A model generated the notes under the pieces. That model was not told the DNA's origin and searched no databases. It was given only the letters and a program-made list of their open reading frames with translations. From assembly GCF_009914755.1 (NCBI RefSeq), contig NC_060934.1: a DNA stretch of 64,000 nucleotides. The stretch is one strand, 5' to 3'. Numbering within the stretch: position 1 is the first letter of the stretch; every line of letters starts with the position of its first letter. Positions 29,778-43,002 of this stretch are shown one piece after another. A program made the position numbers and the translations under genes. This DNA is from the human T2T-CHM13v2.0 reference genome, Homo sapiens.

Positions 29778-30059
29778 AGGATAAAATATCTGAGTTTTCA
29801 TGTTGTGACTGATCCTCCGTTTTCTCCTTTTGCTTTGCCTGGTTTCAGCCTCTACTGGGATGGTCAGGATTAATGCAAGAAGGCCTCCTCTTTAGGCCGT
29901 TAACCCTTCATACCCTGCACCTGAGCAAGGCTGGGTGGCCCTGAGAAGCCACCTGGTTGGGGGTGTTTTCCATTTGGGAAGTAGCTTAGAGCACAGTTCG
30001 GCTTCCAGGGACAAAGAAGGCTGCCATCTCTCCCTCCTCTCTGCTGGCCACACTCCTAG

Positions 30060-30370
30060 AGCCCCATGAAATCGGCCGCTGCCTGCCAGCTCTTCACAGA
30101 CGGGCTGGGACGGGCTGTGCAGGGGTGTCCAGGATCATGATTGAGGGGCCCTGGCAGGGAGGAGTGGAAAACAAGGCCTTGATTCCAAGCCCGAGTCATG
30201 CTTGTAAGCTCCTTGCCGCTTTCCAATGGAGCGCGAATGCACACTGTCCTCGGCCAGGGTTCTGAGCTGGGCCAATCTTCCCGGGCAGGGCCCAGGGCAG
30301 TGTCTCCTTGGGGTGGTGCCCCCAATGCCCACAGGGAGGCAGGGCCACAGTGAGTCATAGGGGCGCGACG
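30060..30370. promoter_or_regulatory. Candidate promoter/enhancer: CpG-retaining GC-rich patch
   Basis: 13 CpGs in about 310 bp of non-repeat DNA; CCAAT at 30223, 30272 and 30322; AP-1 TGAGTCA 30351-30357. Confidence 0.4.
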
Positions 30371-30631
30371 ACTCTGTCACTTGAAGGGCTCAGGGAGTAG
30401 CTCTGCTCTCCTTGTCTCTCCACCCCCTACTTCTGCAGTCCTCATCCCATCTAGCCTGAAGCAGGGCCGAGCTGGGCTACAGTGTGTCTGTCTTGAGCTG
30501 CAGAAACTTGACTCTTTAACTGGGACAGACAGTGCTGTCAAGACAAAGCTTCCAAGGATACAGCCTCTCCAGCACCTTAAATTTATCCAACAGACTTCTG
30601 CCAGTCTGTCTAAAATAACAGAGGTAAGTAT

Positions 30632-31087
30632 TGTAGAACAGCAGAAAATGCCTTTCTCTACCCTTCTAGGTTCCCTGGCTGGGCTATGAGTTCAATTGAC
30701 GTAAGCCAGATGAACAGGGAAAAACCATAGTTAATTATGCCTGGGAGTCCCCAAAGTTAGGAGCTTCCAAAAAGGGTCAGATGATTGAAGCTTTTATTTA
30801 GCATCCTGAGCGACTGAAAGGAATAGGGGCTTGGGGCTTCTTAAGGGTGGTGGTAACACAACCTTCATTCTCCTTTCTCATGATTTGAGTTTTTCTTCTC
30901 TAGTTGGTAAGATTCCCAGAGGGGATTCATGACCTTCGAGTTCCTTTGGGAGGATCTGTCTCTTGGCAGATAAGGGGAGCTCAGGGAAACGTCTGCCGGC
31001 ATCTGCTGTTCCCCAAGAGCCCTCAGTTGAAAGTACTCAGCATACCAAAGCATCATGTTTTGGGGTGGCATTTCCTGAACTCCTTTG
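30632..31087 (-). mobile_element. ERV1 LTR, MER34-like
   Basis: Reverse complement begins like MER34: AGGAGTTCAGGAAATGCCACCCCAAAACATG. Confidence 0.75.
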
Positions 31088-31224
31088 TTGTCATCCAATT
31101 TTAATTGTATCCAAGGTTGTTGAGTACAGTTGGATTTGATGAAGAGGTAAAATACTATTGCAACGAGGGAAACATTTCTGGAGGTTCAGAGGTGTATTCT
31201 AAATGAATAATAGGCAAGTTCTAG

Positions 31225-31638
<414 letters not shown>

Positions 31639-31909
31639 TAGATTAATGGGCCCAGAAGCTACTGGCTTGAGCCGCTAAGTATTTCAACTTGCTACCTGTC
31701 ATTCACTCACCTGCTGGCAGAACCTTGATAACTGGCAAAAACTGAACTCAATGGTTCTCTGAAGGGCAAAGCAAAGATTACTCCGCCCCTCACTGTTAAG
31801 AAGGCTATTCTGGCCAGAAGCGATAAGCATCTCTCTCTTTATTTTGGAAGCAGAGCAAGGTGTTTTTCACGCAACCTCTAGACAAAGGAAATGCAGTATA
31901 TCCCAGCAT

Positions 31910-32516
<607 letters not shown>

Positions 32517-33286
32517 TAAACCTACCTAACTGTCCTCCCAACTTCCCAAGTGCCTCAAGCCGGGTAATGAGACATGCTTTCCCAAGTCCTTATCCAGCTT
32601 TGTGAAAATCATGGCTATGAGCACTAACCTCCCTAATGGAATTAGGTCTTCTTTCAGAAGTGCAAATTCTCCTAGGAGAAAAAGAATGTTGAGTTCCCGG
32701 CGCCACATAGGGATGCATGTCTGGGATGTGCTTTTCTAATCCCTGGAAGTGCCTGACTTCCTGAGAAGACTGAGCGGAGCTAGGGATAAAATGCTGATGG
32801 ATGAGAGAGGAGATGGGGAAAGACAAGAAGTCAGAAAAGCGAGGCACAGGCCTCGGAAAGTTGGCGTGGCTTTGTTCTCTGATGTCACACCATTTGTTTG
32901 GTGGATGATAAACCTGATACATTTATAGTGGAATCTCTTCCCACACTGGCCGTTATACTTTATAAAGACTTTCTAAATGATCTCAGTGGAAATCCCAGTT
33001 TTACAAGGAGCCAAATTTTCACCATGTGATGCTATCTTGAAAAACATATGTCCACAGATATTCCTGGACATCAACTTTCAAAACCACTGTTTCTCTTTCT
33101 TAAACCATAGAAATATTTAGAAGAATTTTTAGAAACAATTTTTTTAGAAATATGCAAATGGTAAAAATGTATCAAATATTTAAGATACTCAAAAGGAGCC
33201 AAAATAATATAATGAATACACCCATGTAGCTGTTAACCAGTTTAATTTTATAGGGTTAAAAACAATAAATATAAACATATTTTTCA

Positions 33287-33590
33287 GGCTGGGCGAGGTG
33301 GTTTATGCCTGTAATCACAACACTTTGGGAGGCCGAGGCAGGCAGATCACTTGAGTCCAGGAGTTTAAGACCGGCGGGTGACATAGGGAGACCCCATCTC
33401 TACAAAAAATTTAGAAGTTGCCAGGTGTGGTGGCACACACCTGCAGCCCCAGCTAGTCGGGAGGCTGAGGTGGGAAGATGGCTTGCACTCAGGAGGTGGA
33501 GGCTGCAGTGAGCCATGATCGATTGCTCCACCGCACTCCAGCCTGGGCAGCAGAGTGTGACCCTGTCTCAAAAAAAAAAAAAAAAAAAAA
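33287..33590 (+). mobile_element. AluJ
   Basis: GATCACTTGAGTCCAGGAG; long A tail. Confidence 0.94.
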
Positions 33591-33861
33591 TTCCTGGAAG
33601 GCATTTTGATGAAATAACAATACATAAAAAGGAAAGTAAGAGAATCCTGAACACAGACTTCAGGATGGTGGTTATGCTGAGTGGAAAAGCAAGGAAACAA
33701 AAAAGGATCACAGAGCTAGAGGGAATGTCCAGGATTTAGCCTTCTTAGAGGGTGTCATGAATCAAAATCTGTTAGAAATTCTGCCTTCAAAATTCTATGA
33801 AGGCTTCCTCTAAAAGACTTAAAGCCCAGGTGGGGAAAATTCTTGAGCTCTTCAAAAATCA

Positions 33862-34233
<372 letters not shown>

Positions 34234-35004
34234 TCATTCACTGAGTATGCAATCTAGATTCACAAAGCTAGTTTTTAGGGTGACACTTCATTCAGTGGAT
34301 ATGCAACTTAGATTCCCAAAGCAATAGGCCAGCATTGGGACTGACTAGATGTAGCAAAATGACCCCAATTTTCTATACCATGGTTTAGGGACACAAAACC
34401 AGGGAACACTTAACCAGGCCTATTCTACTGGGGTGATCAAAGAAGAGTTAAACAAATCCAACCACAAGCACAAAATAAAGCCCATGTGAGCGGCACACGG
34501 CACACATGTAACTTTATATTATAAATCATTTCCTCATATTTTCAAAGGAAAGGAAGTTCTATAAAGTGATTGTATTTACTACACATCTGGTATCAGAGAT
34601 ATTCAAGATTGCTATAAAATGATTATTTATAACTCAATAGCTACTCTTGTTTACTACATAGAATACATCACCATCCCATATTGTTACATTAAATCAGCAT
34701 TTTCCCCACTTTTACTGCATTTGTTATCAAGCCTGTGGCTCAGGCAAAAATGCCTTACAAAGAGCAGCCTAGAAGGTAATAAATAAGATGCACTTCTAAT
34801 CTGCCTGGGGTTCGAAAGTTTATTCCAGCTGAGTCCACATGTAACCCAGAGAAGAAGCCCCTCTGTTTGTTCCCTTAGGCATTCTTCCCTCTTGGAATAC
34901 ATTTCAAGGAGGGGCAGGGTAATATCATCTTAGGTACAGAGCTCTGTAGGAGTACAAAGTACCCTATGGAGCTAAGGCAGTGAGAAGACTGGACTGGGCA
35001 TTGG

Positions 35005-35510
35005 ATAGTGCTGACGGAGTGGGCAGGTTTTGTTCTTGTGGTCATTCAGCATCCACTCCTCCTTCTTTGGTAGTTGCATTCCAATTTGGGGGACGGAGGA
35101 TAGAATTATTCCTCCCTTATGAGATGAGTTTGGAGGAGATTTTTACTCAAGGCTCCATGCCTTTCTCTGGTTAAGGGATATTCACTTGACACAAGCAAGA
35201 CCAAGTGAGCTCTTCCTAACCCAGGAGCCTCTCTGGGATTTGAATCACAATCCCTCCTTGTGTGGAGGAAGACAAGAAACAGAGTGATGAAAAGACAGAA
35301 AGCCATCAGAGTTCATTCATTCGAGTGGTGGTTCTTGGATAAGACTGCCCCCATATCCTAAAACCCCAAGAAAGCACCCGGTCCCTGTCCTCTGTAAGCC
35401 TGGTTCTAAAATCCTAGGAGCCCCCTCAAACTCTTCCAATAAATTCCCCTGTGACTTTGTGGTTAACTTAGCTAGACTCTCTGTCTATTACTTGCCATCA
35501 AAGAACTTGA
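35005..35510 (+). mobile_element. Old ERVL LTR (LTR16/33/67-like)
   Basis: CCAATAAATTCCCC...TTAGCTAGACTC...TACTTGCCATCAAAGAAC 3' end. Confidence 0.5.
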
Positions 35511-36227
35511 AGCCTAAACCCTGGGGCTGCCACGCCTTAGCTGAGTGGTCTTGAAAACTCACTTCACTCAACCCTAAAACAAACAGGACACAACCTGTCC
35601 TATGGAGTTGATCACACAAATTGGCAAATAGGAAATTCCCAATCTGGCGAGCGAGATGGATTGAGTTTACGCTGCTTCACACACTCTCTGGAGACTCCTT
35701 AAAGATGTATGTTGTATAAAGAATCAATTCCAACTGCAGAATGAATGCTGACAGGCACCATCAGCTCCTGCCCGTGTGTCTTCAACTCTCTCCCATTGGA
35801 AAAATCAATGAATCAGTAATAATATTGTCCCCTCCTTCCTGTAAAGGAAATCTGAGCTAAATCCCAAGGCTGCCATGTAAATTTCCTCATATTGTTGCTT
35901 TCCTTCCCCCTCTCCCGCCCCAAGCCTTTGACAAAAATGATGGGCTGTGATCTGTGTCCTAGTAGCAGGAAGCCTGTCAGACCTGACTCTTGCTGACTCT
36001 TTCATCTCCCGGCAGCTCCAGGAAGCAAAAGAAAAAAAAAAAAAAAAGGTGGGGGAATCTGCTGCCATCACCCCCATCCAAACCAGGCTCAGGAAATTTT
36101 CCAGGGCCAGGCTGCCTTTGTGGAAGCTATGTAAGGACTGGAGAAACACATGTTCTCATGCAAACAAACCCCAAAACAAAACAAGGGATCCTGCCTTTGT
36201 ACCTGGCCTGTCTCCAAAGGTGGTACA

Positions 36228-36452
36228 TTATCTCCAAAGGTGGCCACCATCATTTCCTTCTCTCCCTATATGTGATTTCCTTCTCTATTGGCTCCATTCA
36301 TCAAGAAGTAGAGGTGATTCCTGCTCTTCCTCTTTGAACTTGGGCCAGCCTTGTGATTTGCCTTGACCAACTGGACATGGAGGAAGTGATACTGTGCCGG
36401 TGCTTAGCCCGGCCTTTTAGAGGCCTGGCATCTTCAGCTCTCTCTCAGGAGA
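36228..36452 (+). repeat. 225-bp near-identical copy of 38912-39136 (MLT1 LTR 5' part)
   Basis: 7 mismatches in 225 bp by manual alignment. Confidence 0.97.
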
Positions 36453-36566
36453 ATACTTGTACCTGGATCTTCACTAGGGGTAAGTCCTTGTTCTCGATTT
36501 TAAACATTTATTTAGCCAACTAAGTGCTCTATTAATTCTAGTTGAAGGGGAGATGCAGAGACAGTG

Positions 36567-37050
36567 TTCTAGTTGCTAATGCTGTGTGAGAAAGCACCCC
36601 AGAAGGTCGTAGGTGAAACAACTATCTTAAGATGCTGGCTGATCGGGGCTGGGGCATTCAGAAGGGCCAAAGCAAGAGTGGCTTGTCCCTGCTCTATGGT
36701 TCTTGGATAACTCAAAGGGCTGGGGGCTGAGAGAGTGGAGGAAGGAGGACACACTTCCAGATGGCTTGCTTGTTCATGCACGTGGTTATGCACCGGGCAG
36801 GAACAGGGACAGCCAGAGGGCCAAGCTCAAACTGACAGCTAAAGAGCCCAGAGGGGCAGTCCTTGGGGGAGGCGGTGCCCACTGCCTGCCTTATAGACCG
36901 TATCCCTACCATCACCTTGACTTACTTTCCGCTATATGTTATTGGAGGGAGCAGTCCCTAGCCGTCCTAGATTCAAATGAGGGGTATAGACCTCACCTCC
37001 CAAGGTGGAGTCAGTAACAGGGAACTGTGGGCCACATTTAAAACCATGAC
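36567..37050 (-). mobile_element. Old MLT1 LTR
   Basis: CACTTCCAGATGGCTT; CTAGATTCAAATGAGGGG; GGCCACATTTAAAACCATGACA. Confidence 0.6.
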
Positions 37051-37199
37051 AGGCTAGTGAATGGCTTTCTGGGAGATTTATGGGTGAAGGGAGGAGGAGA
37101 GTCTTGAAGAAGCCCAGATTCAGTCATTCTAAGCGTTTGTCACAAATGGATCTATCATCTGGGTTTCAAATACAGCTCTCAGATGACTGCTCTTCAAGA

Positions 37200-37529
37200 G
37201 GCTGGGCACAGTGGCTTATACCTATAATCCTAGCACTTTTAGAGGCTAAGGCGGATGGATCAGCTGAGGTCAGGAGTTCGAGACCAGCCTGGCAAAAACG
37301 GTGAAACCCCATCTCTACTACAAATACAAAAATTAGCTGGGTGTGGTGGTGCACACCTGTAATCCCAGCTATTTGGGAGGCTGAGGCAGGAGAATTGCTT
37401 GAACCCAGGAGACAGAGGTTGCAGTCAGCAGAGATTACCACCACTGCATTCCAGCCTGGGTGACAGAGTGAGACTCCATCTCAAAAAAATGAAACAAAAA
37501 ACAAAACAAACAAACAAACAAAAAACAAA
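37200..37529 (+). mobile_element. AluS
   Basis: Full dimer with CAAA-rich tail. Confidence 0.95.
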
Positions 37530-38015
37530 GACTGCCTTGTGTTTCCTTGCAGGCAGCCAGGGCAGAATGCGGTGTTCTCAAGACTGCCATGCTGGCTCAT
37601 CCATACCTTGTTGGACTTGATAAGTATCGTAACCTAATGAAGGATGCCATTCTGTGCTCTGCAAGGCCTGGGGGAGCCCCAGTGGGAAGGGATCCAGATG
37701 GTGCTGGGCCTGGGCCAAAAGTGAAATGGGGGAGGACGGGTCCTTTCTCTCCTTTGTCCCTAACCTCCCCACTTCCTACTGCTGTCTGACTCAGAACCCT
37801 CATGAAAAACCCAACTTTTTACACTGATATTTCCCAGAGGCCTAATTGTGCAACAAGAAATAAAAACACAATTAGGGAACTGAGGTCCAGCAGGAAATTC
37901 ATGTTACATAAATAAGACCTGGAGTGCATAGGGGAGTGCCCCAGCTCTCAGCCTTGTTAGTATTGAAGGCTCCGAGCACACAGATCTGGGATCCTCTGAT
38001 TTGGTGGATAACCCT

Positions 38016-38467
38016 TGTGAACAATAATTCTCTGAAAAGGTATTTGGAGGAAAGAGACTTTATTCCTGTAAACAGTTTTCAAACTAGGGGAATGCAGCTT
38101 TCAGTGTAAAATGAAGGTGCTTTCCAGACAACAAAGGAGGGGCTGGGCTTTTATAGAGAAAGTTCCTGCCCTGTTCCCACTCAGGTCCACTTATGCAAAT
38201 AAAGGATTCAAACTTGCTTAATCTGATTGGTTGATGCTTGCTGAGTTCTGATTTGTTGACACAGGTCATAGTCTATTGGTTGGTTCCGGCAACATAAACA
38301 AGAACAGGAAGCTATGAAAGTCCCAAAGTTAAGCAGATGTGGGTTTTCTGGGAACTCAAAAACATGTGTGACTTCTAGTCAGCAAGTTGCCGCTTGGCTC
38401 TAAATTGAATTTAGGCCCTGTTAGCCAGAGTGTGAACCTTGAGAGAGCCGGCCTTTCAAGGTTCACA
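38016..38467 (-). mobile_element. ERV1-class solo LTR (subfamily uncertain)
   Basis: TG...CA termini (TGTGAAC...GTTCACA), near-TSD CCCT/CTCT, minus-strand CCAAT boxes, TATA and AATAAA in LTR order. Confidence 0.8.
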
Positions 38468-38894
38468 CTCTTCACATGGGCTGGAGAGATTCCTATCATA
38501 ACTGATTTATCCATTCACCCATTGACAGGCACTTGGATTGCTTCCACCTTTAGGGTGTTGTGGACAACATCAACACTGCTACAAACATGGGTGGACAAAA
38601 GGCTAGTTCTCCTCAACCATGGTGTATGTAGCTGGAGGGAAAATGCCAAAAGCTGCATTATGAGAAACAGTAAAGTCAAAACTGGAAAGATGGATCAAAG
38701 CGTGATGTCTCCCTGAAGCCCCTCCTACTAGGCTTGAGGTGAAGGAGAAGCACAGGAAGAAAAGTGCCTCAGTGCTCCAACAACTTTTTCCAAAGAAGCC
38801 CTCTTTCTCATTTCCAACTTTAAACCTTTTAAAACTTTGATTGGCATAGAGCTAAGGGTTGGAGAACATTGTCACTTCCCTCCTTTGCAAGTCT

Positions 38895-39490
38895 GTGTGG
38901 ATAGTTGTATGTTATCTCCAAAGGTGGCCACCATCATTTCCTTCTCTCCCTATATGTGATTTCCTTCTCTATTGGCTCCATTCATCAAGAAGTAGAGGCG
39001 ATTCCTGCTCTTCCTCTTTGAACTTGGGCCAGTCCTGTGATTTGCCTTGACCAATTGGACATGGAGGAAGTGATACTGTGCCAGTGCTTAGCCTGGCCTT
39101 TGAGAGGCCTGGCATCTTCAGCTCTCTCTCAGGAGAGAATGCAGCAGGCATGTAAGAAGGCTGATGAATCAGACCACCATATTATGAGGAAGCCCAAGCT
39201 AGCCACATGGAAATGGCACACAAAGGAAAGCTGAGGAACGAAACCAACAGAAGCATCAGGTCCCCAGCCATATGACCCAGTTAAGCCACCTTAGCTATGT
39301 GGTATTCCAGGTAAGGTTCCCTGCTATGTGGTATTCCAGGTAAGGTCCCAGAATTTAGTCATGGAGGTGAGCCATTCCCTCTGTGCCTTGTACAAATTTC
39401 TGAGCCAAATAATTTTGAGAAAATAAAAGACCTATTTTATACTGTGAAGTTTTGGTGCATGCTGTTATGTAGCAATAGATAACCTAGAGC
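38895..39490 (+). mobile_element. MLT1 (G/H-like) LTR
   Basis: TGTGG...CTCCAAAGGTGGCC start; GAGGAAGCCCAAGCTAGCCACATGG; ATGTAGCAATAGATAAC end. Confidence 0.8.
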
Positions 39491-39729
39491 AGTGGTCTAG
39501 CACTTCATTTTGGAATGTGGGAGTACTTAGTTTACTGCTTTATTCTTAGCCTTTTGAAACCTCAGCAGAAAATGAGACAAGTAAAATCCCATTTTAACAT
39601 CCTGTTACATATATTTCAAGATCATCTGTGAAAATGTACATGTGATGCTTTGTTAACCTTTAACAGCCTGTCTTAAAAGACACTATCGTCGAGCAGAAGC
39701 CTCTAAAAACAGAATCTTTACAATCAGCA

Positions 39730-39985
39730 ACAGGCTGGCTCCTGACACTTCGGGGGATGAGGCAAGAGTACGAATAGAGACCTACATACCACATGTTTAG
39801 ATACTTAAAGGCTGTAAATCAAGCTAACAACCTATTAAACAAAATATGCTGTAGCTTGCTGCTTTGAAAAAAATACTGTCATGATGACCTTGAAGTCCAA
39901 GTTCAAATTTAGAATTCTCAACTGTCTGGAATTCCGCAGTGGAATATGGTGGTGTGGGGAGAGCTAACCCTGGCTCCAGGCCTTT
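39730..39985. mobile_element. MER45B-like (hAT-Tip100) fragment
   Basis: GGCAAGAGTAC...AAATCAAGCTAACAA...AAATTTAGAATTCTC. Confidence 0.7.
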
Positions 39986-40213
39986 GTTCCATAGCTCACC
40001 CTCTCTTCTCTCATTCCTTCTGTGCTGTGGGAGGACTCATTCTCATCCACGTGGACACCCCAGCACAAACAACCAAACTCCAGTCACCAGCACACTCAGG
40101 GGTATGATCCAGAAAGAGGAAAGCTATGTCCCTCTAGCTCTGGGGATGCCTTGTCCTGGAGGGAGGCACAAAACTGGATAAGAGTCAGCATTTATTTCCC
40201 TAGAGTTAGGGGT

Positions 40214-41290
40214 TGTAGTACAGTTTAGCAAACTGCAAAGTCTGATGGAATAGTCCCTTACTTCAGACAATAGTTGCAAGTTTAGGGGTCCCCAGGACCA
40301 CCCTCAAGTTCAATAATTCTCTAGAATGGTTCAGAGAACCCAAGAAAGCATTATACATAGCATGAGAATGTGTGTGTGTGTTTGTTTTAACAGTTGAAAG
40401 TTACACAAGAAAATCAATCAAGGGAAGAGACACACAGGACAAAGTCCAGTTGGGATCCAAAGGAAGAAGATCCTTTGGTTCTCTTCCCATGCATTTATGA
40501 TCAGTGTATTGGTCCATTCTCACATTGCTATAAAGAAATACCTGAGACTGGGTAATTTATAAGGGCAAGAGGTTTAATTAGCTCACAGTTCTGCAGGCTG
40601 TACAGGAAGCATGATGCTGGCTTCTGCTTAGCTTCTGAGAAGGCCTCAGGAAACTTACAGTCATGGCGGAAGGCAAAGAAGGAGCCAGCACTTCACATGG
40701 CCAGAGCAGGAGGAAGAGAGAGAGGGGAGGTGCAACACACTTTTAAACAACCAGATCTCACAGGAACTCACTCATTATTGCCACAATAACACCAAGGAGC
40801 ATGGCGTTAAACTATGAGAAACCACCCCTATGATCCAATCACCTCCCACCAGGCCTCACCTCCAACACTGGGAATTACAATTTGACATGAATTGTAATTG
40901 GGCAGCTCCACACCATATCAGATAGCATTGCCTCCTCCTGGCCAGGACAATGTACACAGGGTACAGCCAACCGAGGATGCTCACCTGAGCCTTGGCTGTC
41001 CACAGTTTTTGCTTGGGGTCTATCGCATACTGCTCATGTGGGTGACCTTCAGTCTGCAGCCCCTTTTAAGAGGCTCAGGCTAATAATTCTGGAAGTTGGA
41101 ACTGATATGATGTGTCTCCAAAACCCCATCATAAATCATATCATTAGACTATCCAGTGGCTAAAGTCCCCAGGCAAACAAAGTCCCTCTTATTGGGCAGG
41201 ACATTCCAGGGGCTTGGAGATCACCACTCAGTAGCCGAGAGCAAAGGCCAAACTTCTCTTTCAGGAAGGCTAATCCTTCACTTCCCCAGG
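40214..41290. mobile_element. MER21-like LTR, split by MST LTR
   Basis: GGGGTCCCCAGGACCACCCTCAAG; CAGGACATTCCAGGGGCTTGGAGATCAC. Confidence 0.75.
40505..40920 (-). mobile_element. MSTA/B LTR
   Basis: TGTATTGGTCCATTCTCACATTGCTATAAAGAAATACC...CCATATCA. Confidence 0.92.
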
Positions 41291-41562
41291 GCCCAGGGTT
41301 GCGCCCCTCCTGCCTAGCTCTAGAATGATATTGATCAGAAATACTCTCAATGATTGACATAAACCCAAAGTGAGCAAGACAACAGAAGAAATGATGTGGC
41401 TGCATATTGAACTCTCCAAGGAGTCTACATTTAAATAGATGGAAGAAATGGAAGGAGAACCCCAGTCCAAGAAGAGATGCAAAAAATGGCAGTGCTTAGC
41501 AGGGAGAATATTGGGAAAGCCAGGATGAGCTAAGGCTTGTGAAAAGCACCAGCCCAAATGGG

Positions 41563-41886
41563 CTTTTTTTAGCGGGGAGGGGGAAAGACAGTGTCTGGCT
41601 CTGTCACCCAGGCTAGAGTGCAGCCGCATGATCATGGCTCACTGCAGCCTCAACTTCCCAGGCTCAAGTGATCCTCCCTACCTCAGCCTCCTGAGTAACT
41701 GGGACTACAAGCTGGGATTACAAGTGCATGCCACCATGCCCGGCTATTTTTTTTAATTTTAATTTTTGTACAGATGGAGTCTTGCTATGTTGTCTAGGTT
41801 GGTCTCGAACTCCTGGACTCAAGTGATCCTCTTGCCTTGGCCTCCCAAAGTGCTGGGATTACAGGTGTGAGCCACCAGGCCTGGCC
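41563..41886 (-). mobile_element. AluJ
   Basis: TSD AAATGGGCTTTTT on both sides. Confidence 0.93.
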
Positions 41887-42400
41887 CAAAATGGGCTTTT
41901 TAGCAACATTCCAAGAAGAAACACCAAGAAAGGTCTTCTCTGGGTGATGGTGTGATGCAGCACTGTGGGAAATTGGCTCTCTTGCCCCAGAAAGCTCCAC
42001 GAAGTAGAGGTATCTGGTCACTTACCCAGTTAGAAAAGCAACAAAGCTATGAGAAAATCAGAGCCAAAGAGAGCAAGAGGCTAAGGAGGGAAGGTCAAAT
42101 GTTTGCAGCCCATCTGAATTTGGCTGGGAATCTGCAAAGCTCCCTTATTGCATCTTTTCAGAGTAAGACGGGGAAACGTAAAGTAGGAGAGAGAATTGGC
42201 AGGAGAGTCACATCTGGTTGTAGAGCACCATGCTCAAAGGTGTCCACCTGGAGGGCTCCTCTGTTGGTTGTTTAAATTCCTTATTTTATTGTCAACTTGG
42301 ATCAAGAAATTGAAACTATCCTTATCACTGCACAGATGACATGAAGCTGGGAAGGATCACTGATACCCGGGTAGAAGAATCAAGATTCAAGAAGATCATA

Positions 42401-42703
42401 GGCTGAGTTCAGTGGCTCACACCTGGAACCCCAGCACTTTGGGAGGCCGAGGTGGGAGGATCACTTGAGCCCAAGAGTTTGAGACTAACCTGGGCAACAT
42501 AGCAAGACCCCATTTCTACAAAAAATTTTAAAAATTTAGCCGGATGTGTTGGCATGCAATTTTAGTCCCAGCTACTTGGGAGGCTGAGGCGAGAGAATCT
42601 CTTGAGCCCAGGAATGGGAGGCTGCAGTGAGCCGTGATGGCATGTGCCACTGCACTCCAGCCTGGGTGACAGAGTGAGATCCCCATCTCAAAAAAGGAAA
42701 AAA
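42401..42703 (+). mobile_element. AluJ
   Basis: GGATCACTTGAGCCCAAGAG. Confidence 0.95.
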
Positions 42704-42770
42704 AGATGGATCTTGGCAGAATGTAATACAACAACAAAGGGAATTTAATTGTCATTAGTGTATGTGTGTT

Positions 42771-42772
42771 TG

Positions 42773-42809
<37 letters not shown>

Positions 42810-42890
42810 GTGTATATATATGTATATATATGTGTATATATATGTATATATATGTGTATATATATGTATATATATGTATATATACATACA
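42771..42890. repeat. (TA)n/(TATG)n compound microsatellite
   Basis: Direct. Confidence 0.96.
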
Positions 42891-42934
42891 TAAAATTCTA
42901 AATTCAAATGGCTAATTTAAAATGGATTTTAAAG

Positions 42935-43002
42935 TAAGATGCTAATTATTATGAAATGGACACTTTCAGAGGCAACATGAGAATATATAAATTTGCATAA
43001 AC
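42935..43002 (+). repeat. 68-bp duplicate of 44315-44382
   Basis: 67/68 identical, offset 1380 bp. Confidence 0.97.

Noticed and set aside
35947-39050. Two ORFs sharing YLQRWPPSFPSLPICDFLLYWLHSSRSRGD
   Set aside because: Explained by the 225-bp DNA duplication of an MLT1 LTR, not a protein family.
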